A stretch of DNA of 58,965 nt from Myxococcota bacterium. Its GTDB lineage: Bacteria; Myxococcota_A; Bradymonadia; UBA7976; UBA1532. Location: assembly GCA_018813065.1 (NCBI GenBank), contig JAHJCH010000354.1:1-58965 (forward strand), read 5' to 3'. This document shows, one piece after another, positions 38,750 to 50,100 of this stretch. The notes beneath the pieces are model-generated. The model worked only from the letters and a program-made list of their open reading frames with translations. It searched no databases and was not told where the DNA came from. The position numbers were made by a program, and so were the translations under genes. Within the stretch, counting starts at the first letter, position 1, and each line of letters begins with the position of its first letter.

Positions 38750-40440
38750 TCGCCCACGCCCTGCTGCTGCTCGCCCTGCTCGCCCAGCCCGCCCCAGCGC
38801 CTGATCTCACAGGCTTGACCGTCCCCGCCACGCTCAACGGCCCTGTACGCGAGTTCATTGCCTTCTTCCAAGGGCGCGCCCGCCCCTTCTACGCCCGCGC
38901 TTTGGCCCGCCTGGGCCGCTATCGGGGGCTGATGGTGCCCATCCTCCAAGCCGAGGGCGTCCCTGAGGAGCTGGTCTTCCTGTGCATGATCGAGAGCGGC
39001 TACACCGCCGACGCTGTCTCCCACGCCTCCGCCGTGGGGCCATGGCAGTTTATGCGCGCGACGGGGCTGGCGGAGGGGCTGGAGCAGGATGAGTGGGTGG
39101 ATGAGCGGCGCGACTTCGAGAAGGCCACGCGGGCGGCGGCCCAGCACCTGCGCGGCCTCTACGATCGCTTCGGGAACTGGCCGCTGGCCATGGCCGCCTA
39201 TAACGCAGGGGTCGGCAACGTCTCACGGGCGATCACGCGGGCCAACCACAATGACTTTTGGCGCCTCGCCGCCGAGGGCGAGCTGCCCGGCGAGGCCACC
39301 CGCTATGTCCCCAAGATCATGGCGGCGATGGTCATCGCCACGGACCCCGCTCGCTACGGCTTCAGCGATGTCATCCCCCAAGCGCCGCTGGAGATCGAGG
39401 TCATCGCCGCGCCGCCGCAGCTGGATCTTCACGCCCTCGCCAAGCAGATCAAGCTCGATCCTGCGGCGCTGACGGATCTCAACCCGGAGCTGCGGCGCGC
39501 TTTTACCCCGCCCGAGCGTCAAGACTACCCGCTGCGGGTGCCCAGGGCCCACGCTGAGGCCGCGCGCGCGGCGCTGAGCGCCGCCGTCAAGCCCACGACC
39601 CTCCTCAAGCGCAAGATCCGCTACGGCGAGTCCCTCGACGACATCGCCCGCGCCCACGGGATGCGCCGCGCCACGCTGGAGCGGCTCAACGAGGGCCTGG
39701 AGCGGCTCAAGCCGGGCCAAGAGATCTTGGTCTTCAGCCGCGCCCGCCCCGATCCAGACAATCAGCTGGTCATCGCCGCGCGGCCCACGCTGGACATCGC
39801 CATCGAGGGGCGTACGCTGGCCTACTTCCCCATCCGCTCGCCGCGCCCGCTCTCAGAGGTGGCCGCCGCGTTTGGGATCTCGGCGGGGCAGATCGCGCTG
39901 TGGAATGAGCTTGATCCCCAAGCGCTGTTGCAGCGGGGCATGGCGTTGAGGCTCTATCTGCCGCCCAACTTCCCCCACGATGACTACCTCCTGCTCAGCG
40001 CCGAGCAGGTCACCTTGGTGGAGCCGGGCAGCGACGGCGAGGCCCGCAGCAAGCGGGCGGCGAAGCGAGGACGGGGCGCCCATGTGCGGATCGTCCGCCA
40101 CACCGTCGCCTTGGGCGACAACCTCTGGAAGATCGCCAAGCGCTACGGCGTGACGGTCAGCGCCATCCGCGCGGAGAACGGGCTCAATCGAAGCGGGGGC
40201 TTGGTGGTGGGCGCCGCGCTCAAGATCCCCCAGCCCGCGCGCGCCCGGCCCAAGGGCCAAGCCAGGGCGCGCAAGCCCAAGCCCAACGCGCGGGGGCGCA
40301 AGCGCTACACGATCCGCAAGGGCGACACCCTCGCCAAGATCGCCGAGCGGTTTGGGGTCGAGGTCAAGGCGATCCAGCGGCGCAACGGGATGGGGCGCAA
40401 GAGCCGGCTCATGCCAGGGCAGACGATCGTGATCCCCTAG
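38746..40440 (+). CDS. Lytic murein transglycosylase with LysM domains (MltD-like)
   Basis: [27 protein letters not shown]. LysM motifs [13 protein letters not shown] and [13 protein letters not shown]. Confidence 0.92.
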   Translation: MIAHALLLLALLAQPAPAPDLTGLTVPATLNGPVREFIAFFQGRARPFYARALARLGRYRGLMVPILQAEGVPEELVFLCMIESGYTADAVSHASAVGPWQFMRATGLAEGLEQDEWVDERRDFEKATRAAAQHLRGLYDRFGNWPLAMAAYNAGVGNVSRAITRANHNDFWRLAAEGELPGEATRYVPKIMAAMVIATDPARYGFSDVIPQAPLEIEVIAAPPQLDLHALAKQIKLDPAALTDLNPELRRAFTPPERQDYPLRVPRAHAEAARAALSAAVKPTTLLKRKIRYGESLDDIARAHGMRRATLERLNEGLERLKPGQEILVFSRARPDPDNQLVIAARPTLDIAIEGRTLAYFPIRSPRPLSEVAAAFGISAGQIALWNELDPQALLQRGMALRLYLPPNFPHDDYLLLSAEQVTLVEPGSDGEARSKRAAKRGRGAHVRIVRHTVALGDNLWKIAKRYGVTVSAIRAENGLNRSGGLVVGAALKIPQPARARPKGQARARKPKPNARGRKRYTIRKGDTLAKIAERFGVEVKAIQRRNGMGRKSRLMPGQTIVIP

Positions 40441-41648
40441 CCATCGGGCAAGCCGCAGAGGGGCCAGACGATGGCGGCGCAGTCAACGGCGTGGAGGCCC
40501 TCGACGCTGAGCGACGCGCAGGCCCCCGCCGTCGTCGGCTCCCCCTCGGCCCAGTCGGCGGCGGACACGGCCTGACCGTCCGCCCAGCGCCAAGCATCGA
40601 CGCCTGTCCGCCGCGCCGAGGTCCACAGCCGCGCGTCTGGGGGCAAGCGCGCGCTGGCCGTCTCGGCGGCGCGCCGTGAGGCGACGTGCATCGGCGCTTG
40701 GCGGGGGCCATCACAGGCCGCCGCGTCGGCCCTCAGGCGCGTGGCGCAGACCTGCCACCAGGCCCCCTCCAGCGGACCCAAGGGCTGACAAGGCTCGCAG
40801 AAGTAATAAGGCGACTGGGTGAGCGGGTCCCAGGCGTTGGGCACGGCGGCCCGCAGGGTCCCCAGCGGGCACAGCGGCCCACGCAGCGCGCGGCAGAGGT
40901 GATCGGGGCCGAAGGCGACGCAGGCCAAGCCCTGCGCGCAAGGCTTGGCCGGGCCGCAGGCCTCCCCCGTCTGGGCGCCATCGATAAAGGCAGGCCCGCA
41001 GGTGGCGTACTCCAGCCCGTTAAACAGCCGACAGCTCATCCCCTCGGGGCAGTCATCCCCCCCCGGCGCGCAGGGCAACAAGCAGAGGCCGATATCGGCG
41101 CGATCGGGGAGCCGCGCCAGGCAGCGCGCTTGATCGCTGAAGGGGTGACGACAGACCTCGTGGCGGCCATCCTTGAGCACCCGCAGGCTCTTGGGGCAGG
41201 GATCGCAGGCGTCGCCCTCGCCGTCACCGTCGGCGTCTGCCTGGCTGCGGTTGATCGTCGAGGGGCAGTTATCGCGGAAGTTGAGGATGCCATCGCCATC
41301 CTCATCCTCGCGCGCGGGGAAGCTCAGCGCCTCGACGGGGCTCAGCTGCTCGGCGCAGGCCGCCTCATAAGGATCTTGTGTATCGCAGAAGCGCAGGCAG
41401 CGGCTGACGCCAAAGAGGTTGACGCAGCCCAGGCCCGCCGCGCAGACCCCAGGCCCATCGCAGGCGGCGCCCTCGGGCAAGGCGACGGTCAGCGCATAGC
41501 AGCGCGGCGTGCCCGCCTCATCTACGGCGCAGGCCCGCCCCGCCTCACAGCCCGTGTTCGAGGCGGGCTCACAGCGGCGCGTCACGCTCGTCTCCCCGCA
41601 GGCCAACGGCCAGAGGAGGAGCAAGGACATGGTCAGGGGGCTTCTCAT
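40437..41648 (-). CDS. Cys-rich lipoprotein with thrombospondin type-3-like repeat and possible C-type lectin-like C-terminus
   Basis: Lipobox [19 protein letters not shown]...[22 protein letters not shown]...WAEGEP. Confidence 0.75.
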   Translation of the reverse strand: MRSPLTMSLLLLWPLACGETSVTRRCEPASNTGCEAGRACAVDEAGTPRCYALTVALPEGAACDGPGVCAAGLGCVNLFGVSRCLRFCDTQDPYEAACAEQLSPVEALSFPAREDEDGDGILNFRDNCPSTINRSQADADGDGEGDACDPCPKSLRVLKDGRHEVCRHPFSDQARCLARLPDRADIGLCLLPCAPGGDDCPEGMSCRLFNGLEYATCGPAFIDGAQTGEACGPAKPCAQGLACVAFGPDHLCRALRGPLCPLGTLRAAVPNAWDPLTQSPYYFCEPCQPLGPLEGAWWQVCATRLRADAAACDGPRQAPMHVASRRAAETASARLPPDARLWTSARRTGVDAWRWADGQAVSAADWAEGEPTTAGACASLSVEGLHAVDCAAIVWPLCGLPDG

Positions 41649-41703
41649 GATCGAGGCGGAGGATGCACAATCGCCCGCCACGACGACAAGGTTTTCAGCC
41701 CCC

Positions 41704-42846
41704 ATGCCTGGTGATCTCTTCGCCTACATCCGCGCCGAGGCCCTGGCCCTTGGCTTTGATCTCTGCGGCTTCACCCCGCTGGATGATCCCGCGCTTGAGA
41801 TCTCCGCCGCGCGCTTGACGAGCTGGATCGAGGCGGGGATGCATGGGGACATGGGCTGGATGACGGAGACGGCGGCGCTGCGGGCAGATCCTCGACGCTT
41901 GGCGCCTTGGGCGGTCGGCGCCGTGGCGCTGTGGCGGGCTTTCCCCGCCCCGCCTGCCTCGTCGCCGTCGAGCCCCCAACGCCCCCGAGGTCGGGTGGCG
42001 CGCTACGCCGCCCAGCGGGACTACCACAACGTGCTGGGCAAGGCGCTCAAGAAGCTACGCCAACGGATGCTCAGCTTTGATCCGAGCCTCCAAGCCCGGA
42101 TCAGCGTTGACAGCGGCCCTGTCCCCGAGCGGACCCTCGCTTATATGGCGGGCCTGGGCTTCTTTGGGCGCTCCACGATGCTGATCAACCCGCGGCTGGG
42201 CACCTATGGGGCCTTGGCGGTGATCTTGATCAACCGCCGCCCGCCGCCCGCCGTGCCCGAGCCCAACCGCTGCGGGCGTTGCACCGCCTGCGTGGACGCC
42301 TGCCCCACCCAGGCCATCTCCGCGCGGGGCGTCGATGCGCGCCGTTGCATCAGCTACTGGACCATCGAGCACCGCGCGCCCTACCCCGAGGGCGTCGCCG
42401 AGCGCCTGGGCGATTGGATCTTTGGCTGCGATGTCTGCCAAGCCGTGTGCCCGTGGAACCGCCGCGCGTCTGCGGCTGATCCTGTGGCTGATCCTGCGCC
42501 TTGGCGCCCACGGCCTGAGCTGGCGGCGCCGGATCTCGTGTCATGGCTGACGGTGGAGACAGAGGCGCTGCATGAGGCGGCGCGGGGGACGCCGCTGCGC
42601 CGCGCGGGGGGGCTGTGGCTGCGTCGCGCCGCCTGCGTGGCCCTCGCCAACCTGGGTGTGACCGCCGCGCGGCCCGCCTTGGCGGCTTTGGCGGCGCGGG
42701 CGGATGAAGATCCACGCCTGCGCGCGGCGGCGGCGTGGGCAGCGCTGCGGCTCAGCGCGCTAGAGCGCCCACAGCCCCACGCTGATGCCCAAGAGCAAGA
42801 GCCCGCCAGCGAGGAGCCACAGCCCCCGCCCTCGGCGCGGCGGTGA
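41704..42846 (+). CDS. queG: Epoxyqueuosine reductase
   Basis: [62 protein letters not shown]. Confidence 0.95.
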   Translation: MPGDLFAYIRAEALALGFDLCGFTPLDDPALEISAARLTSWIEAGMHGDMGWMTETAALRADPRRLAPWAVGAVALWRAFPAPPASSPSSPQRPRGRVARYAAQRDYHNVLGKALKKLRQRMLSFDPSLQARISVDSGPVPERTLAYMAGLGFFGRSTMLINPRLGTYGALAVILINRRPPPAVPEPNRCGRCTACVDACPTQAISARGVDARRCISYWTIEHRAPYPEGVAERLGDWIFGCDVCQAVCPWNRRASAADPVADPAPWRPRPELAAPDLVSWLTVETEALHEAARGTPLRRAGGLWLRRAACVALANLGVTAARPALAALAARADEDPRLRAAAAWAALRLSALERPQPHADAQEQEPASEEPQPPPSARR

Positions 42847-44265
42847 CCAGCCCAGATCCACCTCCAGCGGCCCCTCCGCCAGCCCGCCGATCCCCTGAAG
42901 GTTGACCTCCACCTCATCCTCGCCGAGGGGGAAGCTGCTGACGCCCAGCCGCGCCAACTCCTCGGGGGTGTAGAGCACCGACATCAAGCCCCGCGTCCGC
43001 TGCGGGCTGAGGTTGATCCCCTCTTGGCGCAAGAAACCCTCAAGCTCCGCCAGCAGCTCCCCCGTGCTCTGATAGCGCCGCTGAAGCGGCTTGGCCAAGG
43101 CCTGCTGATGAATCCGCTCCAGGCCAGCGGGGACGCCAGGGATGCGCTCGGAGAGAGGCGGCGGCGTCTCCTCGCGGATGGCGTGCAGCGTGGCGAAGAG
43201 GTTATCGCGCAGGAAGGGGTTACGCCCTGTGATCAAGGTGTCGAGCAGGATGCCAAAGGCGAAGAGATCCGTGCGCGCGTCCACATCGCGCCCCTCCGCC
43301 TGCTCAGGGCTCATCGCGTGATGCGTGCCGATCAGCATCCCGCTGCCTGGGATCTCATTCCCCGCCCGTGAGATCCCAAAATCCACCAGCTTGACGACGC
43401 CGTTGACGGAGACGAGCACGTTGCTGGGGTTGATATCGCGGTGGATGATCTTCAGGGGGCGGCCCTCAAAGTCCGTGGCGCTGTGGGCGCCGTGGAGCCC
43501 GTCGGCCACGGCGCGGAGGATCTGAAGCGCGATCTCCATGGGCAGGCGCGCGGCGAGGCTGCGGCGCGCCGCGTCGATGAGATCATGCTCCACCCAGAGC
43601 GTATAGATCCCATGCCCCCGCCCCTCTTGATCAAAGCCGCGCTGCGCCGGAGCGCGCTTGGCCGGCTCGGGGCGGGCGCGGGCCTCCTCGGGGGCGATGA
43701 TCAAGGTGCGCAGCAGCTCTGGATGGGTCGCCTGAACCGATTGAATGAGCCCCGCCCGCCCTTGACCCGCCAAGCCATCGCTGATGATCAGCAGATCCAC
43801 CGCGCCCTCCATGGAGCGGACCTCCACCTCCACCGGATCAGCCGCGCAGAGGCACTCCACCTTGAGCCCCGCCGCCTCCAGCTTGAGCCGGATCGACGCG
43901 CGCGCGGCTTGATCCTCATGGGCGATGAGCACCCGGCGGGTGCGCCGCTGAGCGGCTTTAAGGAGGCGGCCCAGATCTACGCCGGGGAGGTACTCCATGG
44001 CGATATAGGCCTGGTCCTCCAAGATGCCCACCTCGTGGATCTCGATGATGTGTCCATGGTGAAGGTGGGCGGCGAGGCGGGCTTCATCGAGGAGCAGCTG
44101 GATAAACTCCGGCTTCTCGGCGAGCTGGGGGAGGATGCGCTTGATGGCGAGGTGGCGGGCGAAGCCGTCCACGCCGTGCTTGCGCGCGAGGTAGATCTCG
44201 GCGGTGCCGCCGACGGCGATGCGGCGCAGGAGCGTATAAGGCCCAAAGCGCGCGGGGAGCTTCAT
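42760..44265 (-). CDS. Hanks-type Ser/Thr kinase with internal receiver-like insertion and C-terminal TM
   Basis: AVGGTAEIY, AIKRI, MEYLPG, HRDINPSN, DFG, SPEQ, DLFAFG. Confidence 0.9.
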   Translation of the reverse strand: MKLPARFGPYTLLRRIAVGGTAEIYLARKHGVDGFARHLAIKRILPQLAEKPEFIQLLLDEARLAAHLHHGHIIEIHEVGILEDQAYIAMEYLPGVDLGRLLKAAQRRTRRVLIAHEDQAARASIRLKLEAAGLKVECLCAADPVEVEVRSMEGAVDLLIISDGLAGQGRAGLIQSVQATHPELLRTLIIAPEEARARPEPAKRAPAQRGFDQEGRGHGIYTLWVEHDLIDAARRSLAARLPMEIALQILRAVADGLHGAHSATDFEGRPLKIIHRDINPSNVLVSVNGVVKLVDFGISRAGNEIPGSGMLIGTHHAMSPEQAEGRDVDARTDLFAFGILLDTLITGRNPFLRDNLFATLHAIREETPPPLSERIPGVPAGLERIHQQALAKPLQRRYQSTGELLAELEGFLRQEGINLSPQRTRGLMSVLYTPEELARLGVSSFPLGEDEVEVNLQGIGGLAEGPLEVDLGWSPPRRGRGLWLLAGGLLLLGISVGLWAL

Positions 44266-44612
44266 GGGGTGGCGCTGTCGATGCTCGGGGCGCTGTCTTG
44301 AGAGGGCGCGGCGTCGAGGGGCCCTTGGTCGATGAGGGCGCCGCTGTCAGGCGTGGCGTCAGGCGCGGCGGCGTCAGGCGTGGCGTCAGGCGTGGCGGCA
44401 TCAGGCGCGGCATCAGGCGTGGCATCAGGCGCGGCATCAGGCATCCCAGCGTCATCATGAACCGCAGCATCCGCGCGCGTATCCACCTCAACGCAGGTGC
44501 GCGCCAAGCACACCTCGCCTCGAAAGCAATCCTGCGAGGTCGCGCAGCCACGCCCAGGCAGCTCGGGCTGGCAGCCGCAGAGGAGGAGCAGGGCCAACAT
44601 CACACGGCTCAA
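44262..44612 (-). CDS. Small lipoprotein with Cys motif and PDA(A/T) repeats
   Basis: LLLCGC lipobox, C-x5-C-x5-C-x4-C, low-complexity tail. Overlaps both neighbours by 4 nt. Confidence 0.7.
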   Translation of the reverse strand: MSRVMLALLLLCGCQPELPGRGCATSQDCFRGEVCLARTCVEVDTRADAAVHDDAGMPDAAPDATPDAAPDAATPDATPDAAAPDATPDSGALIDQGPLDAAPSQDSAPSIDSATP

Positions 44613-45307
44613 AACTGACCCCCCACGCGCAGGCTCTGACCGTCCGCGCCGAGCCCCCAGGTGAAGCCAGGCGCAGGCTCACCCGCGCTCAGCGGGCTAT
44701 CGCTGGCGAAGTAGAGCAGGGCCGCGCCGCCGAGGAGGAGCGCGCCCGCCGCGCCGAAGGAGAGGTTGCTATAAAACGCGTAGCCGTCGGCGTCCTCGAC
44801 CAAGGCCAGCTGATCGGCGCGGGCGTAGAGGGCCTTGTCCAGCCCCCGCGCCGTGGCCGCCTTATCATTGGCGCTGATGCCATAGAGGACCCCCAGCCCC
44901 GCCGCGACGCCGCCGAGGCCCATCAGCCCATAGCTCGTCATCGCCAGGGAGAAGCCTGGCCCTGTGTGTACGACCTTGATCTTCGGCTCAGCGTGTGTGG
45001 CGGCCTTGACGGGCGGCGCGGCCAGCACGCTGACCACCGTGACCTGCCCGGCCTTGATCTCAAACGCGCGGGACTCCACGGCGGCCCCCTCAGGGCGCGC
45101 CTCCAAGGTATGCGGGCCTGGGGTGAGGGCCCAAGGCGCGTTGAAGGGGCTCTCGCCGATGCGCTCGCCGTCGAGGAAGAGCGCCACGCCCGCCACGCCC
45201 GCCTTGATCTGCAAGGTGCCCATCTCCGCCTCTGCGGCGCGCGCGGGGAGGGAGGAGAGGTGGGTTAAGCACAGCAGGATCAGCGAGCCCCACCGGGTCA
45301 GAGCCAT
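44609..45307 (-). CDS. PEGA-domain protein
   Basis: Signal peptide, GTLQI...LFLDGERIGESP...LTPGPHTLE, C-terminal TM segments. Confidence 0.8.
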   Translation of the reverse strand: MALTRWGSLILLCLTHLSSLPARAAEAEMGTLQIKAGVAGVALFLDGERIGESPFNAPWALTPGPHTLEARPEGAAVESRAFEIKAGQVTVVSVLAAPPVKAATHAEPKIKVVHTGPGFSLAMTSYGLMGLGGVAAGLGVLYGISANDKAATARGLDKALYARADQLALVEDADGYAFYSNLSFGAAGALLLGGAALLYFASDSPLSAGEPAPGFTWGLGADGQSLRVGGQF

Positions 45308-45361
45308 CAGGCGTCTCCAAAAGATCGTTCTTGGCTGGTTTATCAGAGCGCCCTTTGCGCT

Positions 45362-47041
45362 TCAACGGCGTCGCCACCGGCCCCAGAGATATAACCCCAG
45401 GGTCAAGAGGAGGCAAAAATAGGCGAAGGCCTCACCGATCAGCTGATAGAGCGTCTGAGATTGCAGCAGGGGGGCGGACCACAGCAGCGTCTCCGCCCCG
45501 GTCGGGCGAGTCTGCTTGATCAGGCGCCCGTTGGCATCGATGAAGGCGCTGACCCCGGTCAGGGTGGGCCGCGCCATCGCCAAGCGATGCTCGATGGCGC
45601 GCGGCATGGCCAAGATCAAGTGCAGATAACGCTCGGCGGTCTGCCCAAACCAATCATCATTGGTCATATTGATGATTAAATGTGGACTTTGACCGGAAAA
45701 GGAGCGCATAAAACTTGAAAGGATGCCCTCATAACAAATTGAGACGGCCAAACGCACAGGTTCACCCCAACGTGTCGTCTCCATCACCTTCACCTCAGTC
45801 CCAGCCTCTAGATTGCCGGCAGTCGGGATATACTTATAAATCCAAGGGAAATACTCTACGAAGGGGATATACTCACCAAAAACCAGCGGCTTCACCTTGT
45901 CATAGCGGCCCAAGACCGCGCCATCCTCGGCCAACAACCAAGCGGAGTTATAGGGATTAAAGGGCGCGTCGCCTTCCCAGCGTGGTGTTGCGCGTGGCTC
46001 AAGGCTCGTGCCGCCGAAGATGAGTGGGGTCTTAAAGCCACGGATCGGCGCGGCGCGCTCCGAGATCGGCGTGGGCTTGATGATATCTTGGCGATAATCC
46101 TTCACCAGCGCGGCCTTAGAGGGGGCGACGTGGCGGGCGTGCCGTGGGATCGCCTCAAAGCGATAAGCGCTCTCAGACCAGAGGATCAGCTCCGCGCCCT
46201 CCGCCTCTGCCTGAGCGGAGAGGCGTTGCAGCTTGAGGAGATGATTTTGGATATTCTCCTCGGGCTCCTTTTGAAAGATCCCCACATCCGCCTCAACGAT
46301 CCCCAAGCGCAGCTTCGGCGCGTCTGCCATGCGGCGGTCGATCTGATACATCCGGGCGCCGCCATAGAGGAAGACGACGGCGAGCATCACGGCGGTCACC
46401 TTGGTGGCGCGCATGGGGGGGCGGCGACCCTCCAGCTTGGCGCGGACCCAGAGATAGAGCACGGCGTTGACGCGATAGATCAGGAAGGTCACGGCGGGCA
46501 CACCCAGCAGATCGACGACCTGCATCACCAAGGGGAAGCTCGCTTGGCTATTGCCCATATAAGCGGGGAAGATCCGGGGGACGGCGATCTCCACGGCCAC
46601 CATCGCCAGGGGCGCCGCCCACTCTAGGGGCACGCGGGTGGTGTTGACGATGCGGTTGACGAGGAAGGCCCACAAGGCCCACAGGACGCCCATCCAAGCG
46701 CCGTGAAGGATCATCAACAGCCAGGCGATGGGTGAGGGCAGGTGACCGAAGGTCTCAAGCATCTCAGCCAGCCAGTGATAGCCGCCGACGTTGATCAGGG
46801 TCCCGGCCAACCAGCCCCAATAGAAGGCGGCCTTAGGCGCCTTGTCGCGCAGCACCCACAGCAAGGGGACGTGGCTGAACCAGATGAGATAGAAGAGGTC
46901 CACCTCGGGGGCGAAGGCGGTGGGGAAGGCGGTAAAGGTCAGGATCGCGGAGAGGCTGACGAGGAGGAGATCGAGGAGGGCGCGGCGCGTGAGGCGTCGG
47001 CGGCGGCGTGGTGGCGAGGCGTGGCGTTGAGGGCGGCTCAT
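45362..47041 (-). CDS. lnt: Apolipoprotein N-acyltransferase
   Basis: Multi-TM N-terminus, WSESA, YDKVKPLVFGEYIP, ICYEG, TNDDWFG, TGVSAFID. Confidence 0.95.
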   Translation of the reverse strand: MSRPQRHASPPRRRRRLTRRALLDLLLVSLSAILTFTAFPTAFAPEVDLFYLIWFSHVPLLWVLRDKAPKAAFYWGWLAGTLINVGGYHWLAEMLETFGHLPSPIAWLLMILHGAWMGVLWALWAFLVNRIVNTTRVPLEWAAPLAMVAVEIAVPRIFPAYMGNSQASFPLVMQVVDLLGVPAVTFLIYRVNAVLYLWVRAKLEGRRPPMRATKVTAVMLAVVFLYGGARMYQIDRRMADAPKLRLGIVEADVGIFQKEPEENIQNHLLKLQRLSAQAEAEGAELILWSESAYRFEAIPRHARHVAPSKAALVKDYRQDIIKPTPISERAAPIRGFKTPLIFGGTSLEPRATPRWEGDAPFNPYNSAWLLAEDGAVLGRYDKVKPLVFGEYIPFVEYFPWIYKYIPTAGNLEAGTEVKVMETTRWGEPVRLAVSICYEGILSSFMRSFSGQSPHLIINMTNDDWFGQTAERYLHLILAMPRAIEHRLAMARPTLTGVSAFIDANGRLIKQTRPTGAETLLWSAPLLQSQTLYQLIGEAFAYFCLLLTLGLYLWGRWRRR

Positions 47042-47177
47042 CTTGCTCTAGCGGGTGAACAGGGAGGGGCGGGATCCTAGCCGCGCGATGCGGGGCGCGC
47101 AATCCTCGCCGCAGCAGAGCCGGCGGACCAAGTGGCACCCGCCTGCTCCTGAGGGGATGACACCCTGAGGATCGCCT

Positions 47178-50100
47178 CTATGGCCTCTGAGCGGACGACG
47201 CGCTGCGCTGAGCGTCTGGGATGATCTGCAACCTCTCCTCCTCCGCCTCTTGGAGATCGGCAACCCGCAAGTACACTTTGCGCTCAACGCGCGTGTTGAC
47301 CTGCACATCGGCGTGAAGCTGCCCAAAAGGATCACGCACCGTGCGGATGAAGGGCGCTTGTTCGCTTAAATCAGATCGCAGGTTCCCCACGAGGTACAGG
47401 TAATAGCGCCCCCGCAGCGACGGATCTCCCGCGCTCTTCCACTCATTCCATGTACACGCCTGTCGCCGCGCCGCGATCCCCGAGGACTTCAGCTCGACGG
47501 CGCGATCCAGGCGTCCTGATGCGTCGAGGGACAACAAATCAAAGCCCGGCCACGCTTCGCTGACGCCGCGCAGCTCACGCTCAAAGACGCCGCGCAGCGC
47601 GCCCCAAGCGGCTTTGATGTGGTCTGGGTGTGATACATCAAACACGCGCCCCCCTCCCGCGCGCGCCAAGCGTGCCTGCTCAAAGGACATCGCCACAGAC
47701 ATCCCCAACTGATCCAACGCAGTGAGATCGGTCCTGTGCGTCGCGTATCCATGAGTCCCGCCCTCGCGCATTTGCACGCTCGCGGCGCCCTCCACCGTGT
47801 GCTGCGCTGAAGGGGACATGATCCGCACGGGGCAGCCCAGGACGCTCAAGGACGCTGCGGGCCAAAGGGGATGGCATGGCGCTTCTGGGGTGTCCGCAGG
47901 CGTTGGGGCAAGGGCTTGCGCCGGGGATGCTTGAGGGGAAGGCGAGGTGAGGGGCGCTGGCCCCGCCGTCTTGGGCGCGGGCGCGGGCTCAACCCACAGA
48001 TCGTCATCCCCATGCAAGCGACGCTGATACTCTTCGAGATCCGCAGACGCGCCCGCGCGCCGCAAGATCCGCAGACGCGCCGCCTCATCGCGCGCCTTGA
48101 TCAGCGTCAGGAACGACTCATAACGAGGCGCCCCAAAGAGGACAGCCAGGGCCTCAGCGAGCCGCTCAGCGTCTTCCTCAACGGGCGGCCAAGCCTGCGA
48201 ACTCCAGCGCACGAAGGCGTGGCTTGGATGATCGCGATCGACGTACACACCGACGGGCACGTTCGCCGCGCCGATGAGCTGTCCGTCGAGCTTCGTCGTC
48301 AACATCAGCGCCTTTACGGGCTCAACGCCCTGCAGGAACGCGGCGAGCCTATGCGCGTCTAAGCTCGCCTGGCGCTCCTCTTGACGCTCCACGCCCAAGC
48401 GCGCCAAGAGCGCGGGTCCACACGCCTCAATGGCCTTACGGAAAAGATCAAGCTCCGCGCCGAGGAGAGCGGGCGCTTCTGGCGTTGGCGATCGCTCAAG
48501 AGCAGCCTCCAAGAGTCGCACGCCAAAGCAGGCTTGGAGAGGCTTCTTCGCGTGGGCGTCCCCTTCAAGGATAAAGATGGGCACGTCGAATCCCTCACCT
48601 GCCCCACGCTGCTCGGCGAAGAACACCTGGTGCGCGGGCCGCCAGACGAGATTCTCCCCAAAGAGCGTTGGCAGGCGCGCCTCAGCGCGCTTGACCTCGG
48701 GTTGGTGCCCCACCAGCAGCTCCATCAAGTGACGACACCCTGTAGACAAGAGACGACGGGCCGCGCGTACGTCGGGCGCGTTTTGCGACACGATCTCCAA
48801 CTGCCTCAACCACACCTCAGCGTCATCCAGCGTAAAGGTCGAGGGTGTCAGCTCCGCGCGGACGCCGAGGCGCGCGGCGAAGCCGCTGGGATCGTCGATC
48901 TCCAAGACAGGCAGCAGCGGCCCCGTCTGCTTAAAGCGACGATCCAGCTCCCGACTCGGGCGCCAAGCCTGTGAGGCGCGACGTGGCCCGTGCTTAGTGG
49001 GGCAGAAGGCGGCCTCCTTGAGTCGCCACAGCCAGAGGTTATCGCAGAGCGACACCGTCTCATTGGTGTAGGCGCGCGGGGGCTTGCGCCTGCCCGGCGA
49101 GTGCCCCTTGGTCAACGCGACGACCGCGCGCGCCACCGGCTGAAGGCTGGGCCAATGCGCTTGGAGGTGTTGATACAGCGCGCGCCCAACCCCGCCTTGT
49201 GCGTCCGCAGCGGCGGCGGCGAGGAGCACATCGAGGTGCTCTAGGTGATGTATGCCATAGAGCCACCGACGGCGCTCGTGTAGGTCCTTGATCGCCTTGG
49301 CATCGAGGCTGTCGATGAGCGTCGCGCGCCACGCATCCCACACCGCGTCGGGGAGCGCCTGAAAGATCCAGCCGCGTGGCTTGATGAAGCCCTCCGTACG
49401 CAGCCAGCCCGTGTTGTGGTCCTCAACGTCTTGGAAGTGGACCGCGCGGAGGTGGGCGTTGACGCCCAACCAAGAGAAGAACGTCCGCCAACGCTCGCGC
49501 TCATCCGCAGGCAGCGCGGCGTCCTCATCCTCGTCTAAGCCGACCTCATCGACGTCGAGGGTCTCCTCATCCGTGGCTTGCGCCTGATCGTCCAGCGACG
49601 CGTACCGCGCCAGGTAGCCGGAGAAGGCCGTCGGCCCCAGGATAAAAGGGACATCCGGCGAAGGCTGACCGGCCTCTTGGCACGCGCGCAACAAGACCTC
49701 GACCGACTGATCCCCGATCCAGTCCTCGCCAAAGTACGCGCGATAGGCCGCGACCCACTGCACCCCGCCATCGGGGGCACGGCAGGGCACCTCCAAGCGC
49801 GCGAGGGCGAAGAGCGCCCGCTGATTGCCCAGGCGCTCAAAGGGCAGCCGCTCCCCTTGTCCTGTCTTCCCCGAGAGCTGACAGACCGCTGCGAGCTGCG
49901 CGATGTCGTGAAACCGCGCGCGTTGATGTGCCTGATCCCAGGCCATGCTGGGTAAGACGCTGGCGCGCATCACCTCGGGGAACTTGAAATCTTGGAGCCC
50001 AAACAGCCCCTGCCAAGCCACCATCTCCGCCTTAAGTGTCTCTTGTCGCTCTTGGCGGCTCAGCTTGCCCCAGCACACCGCCTGACTGAGAAAACAAAGC

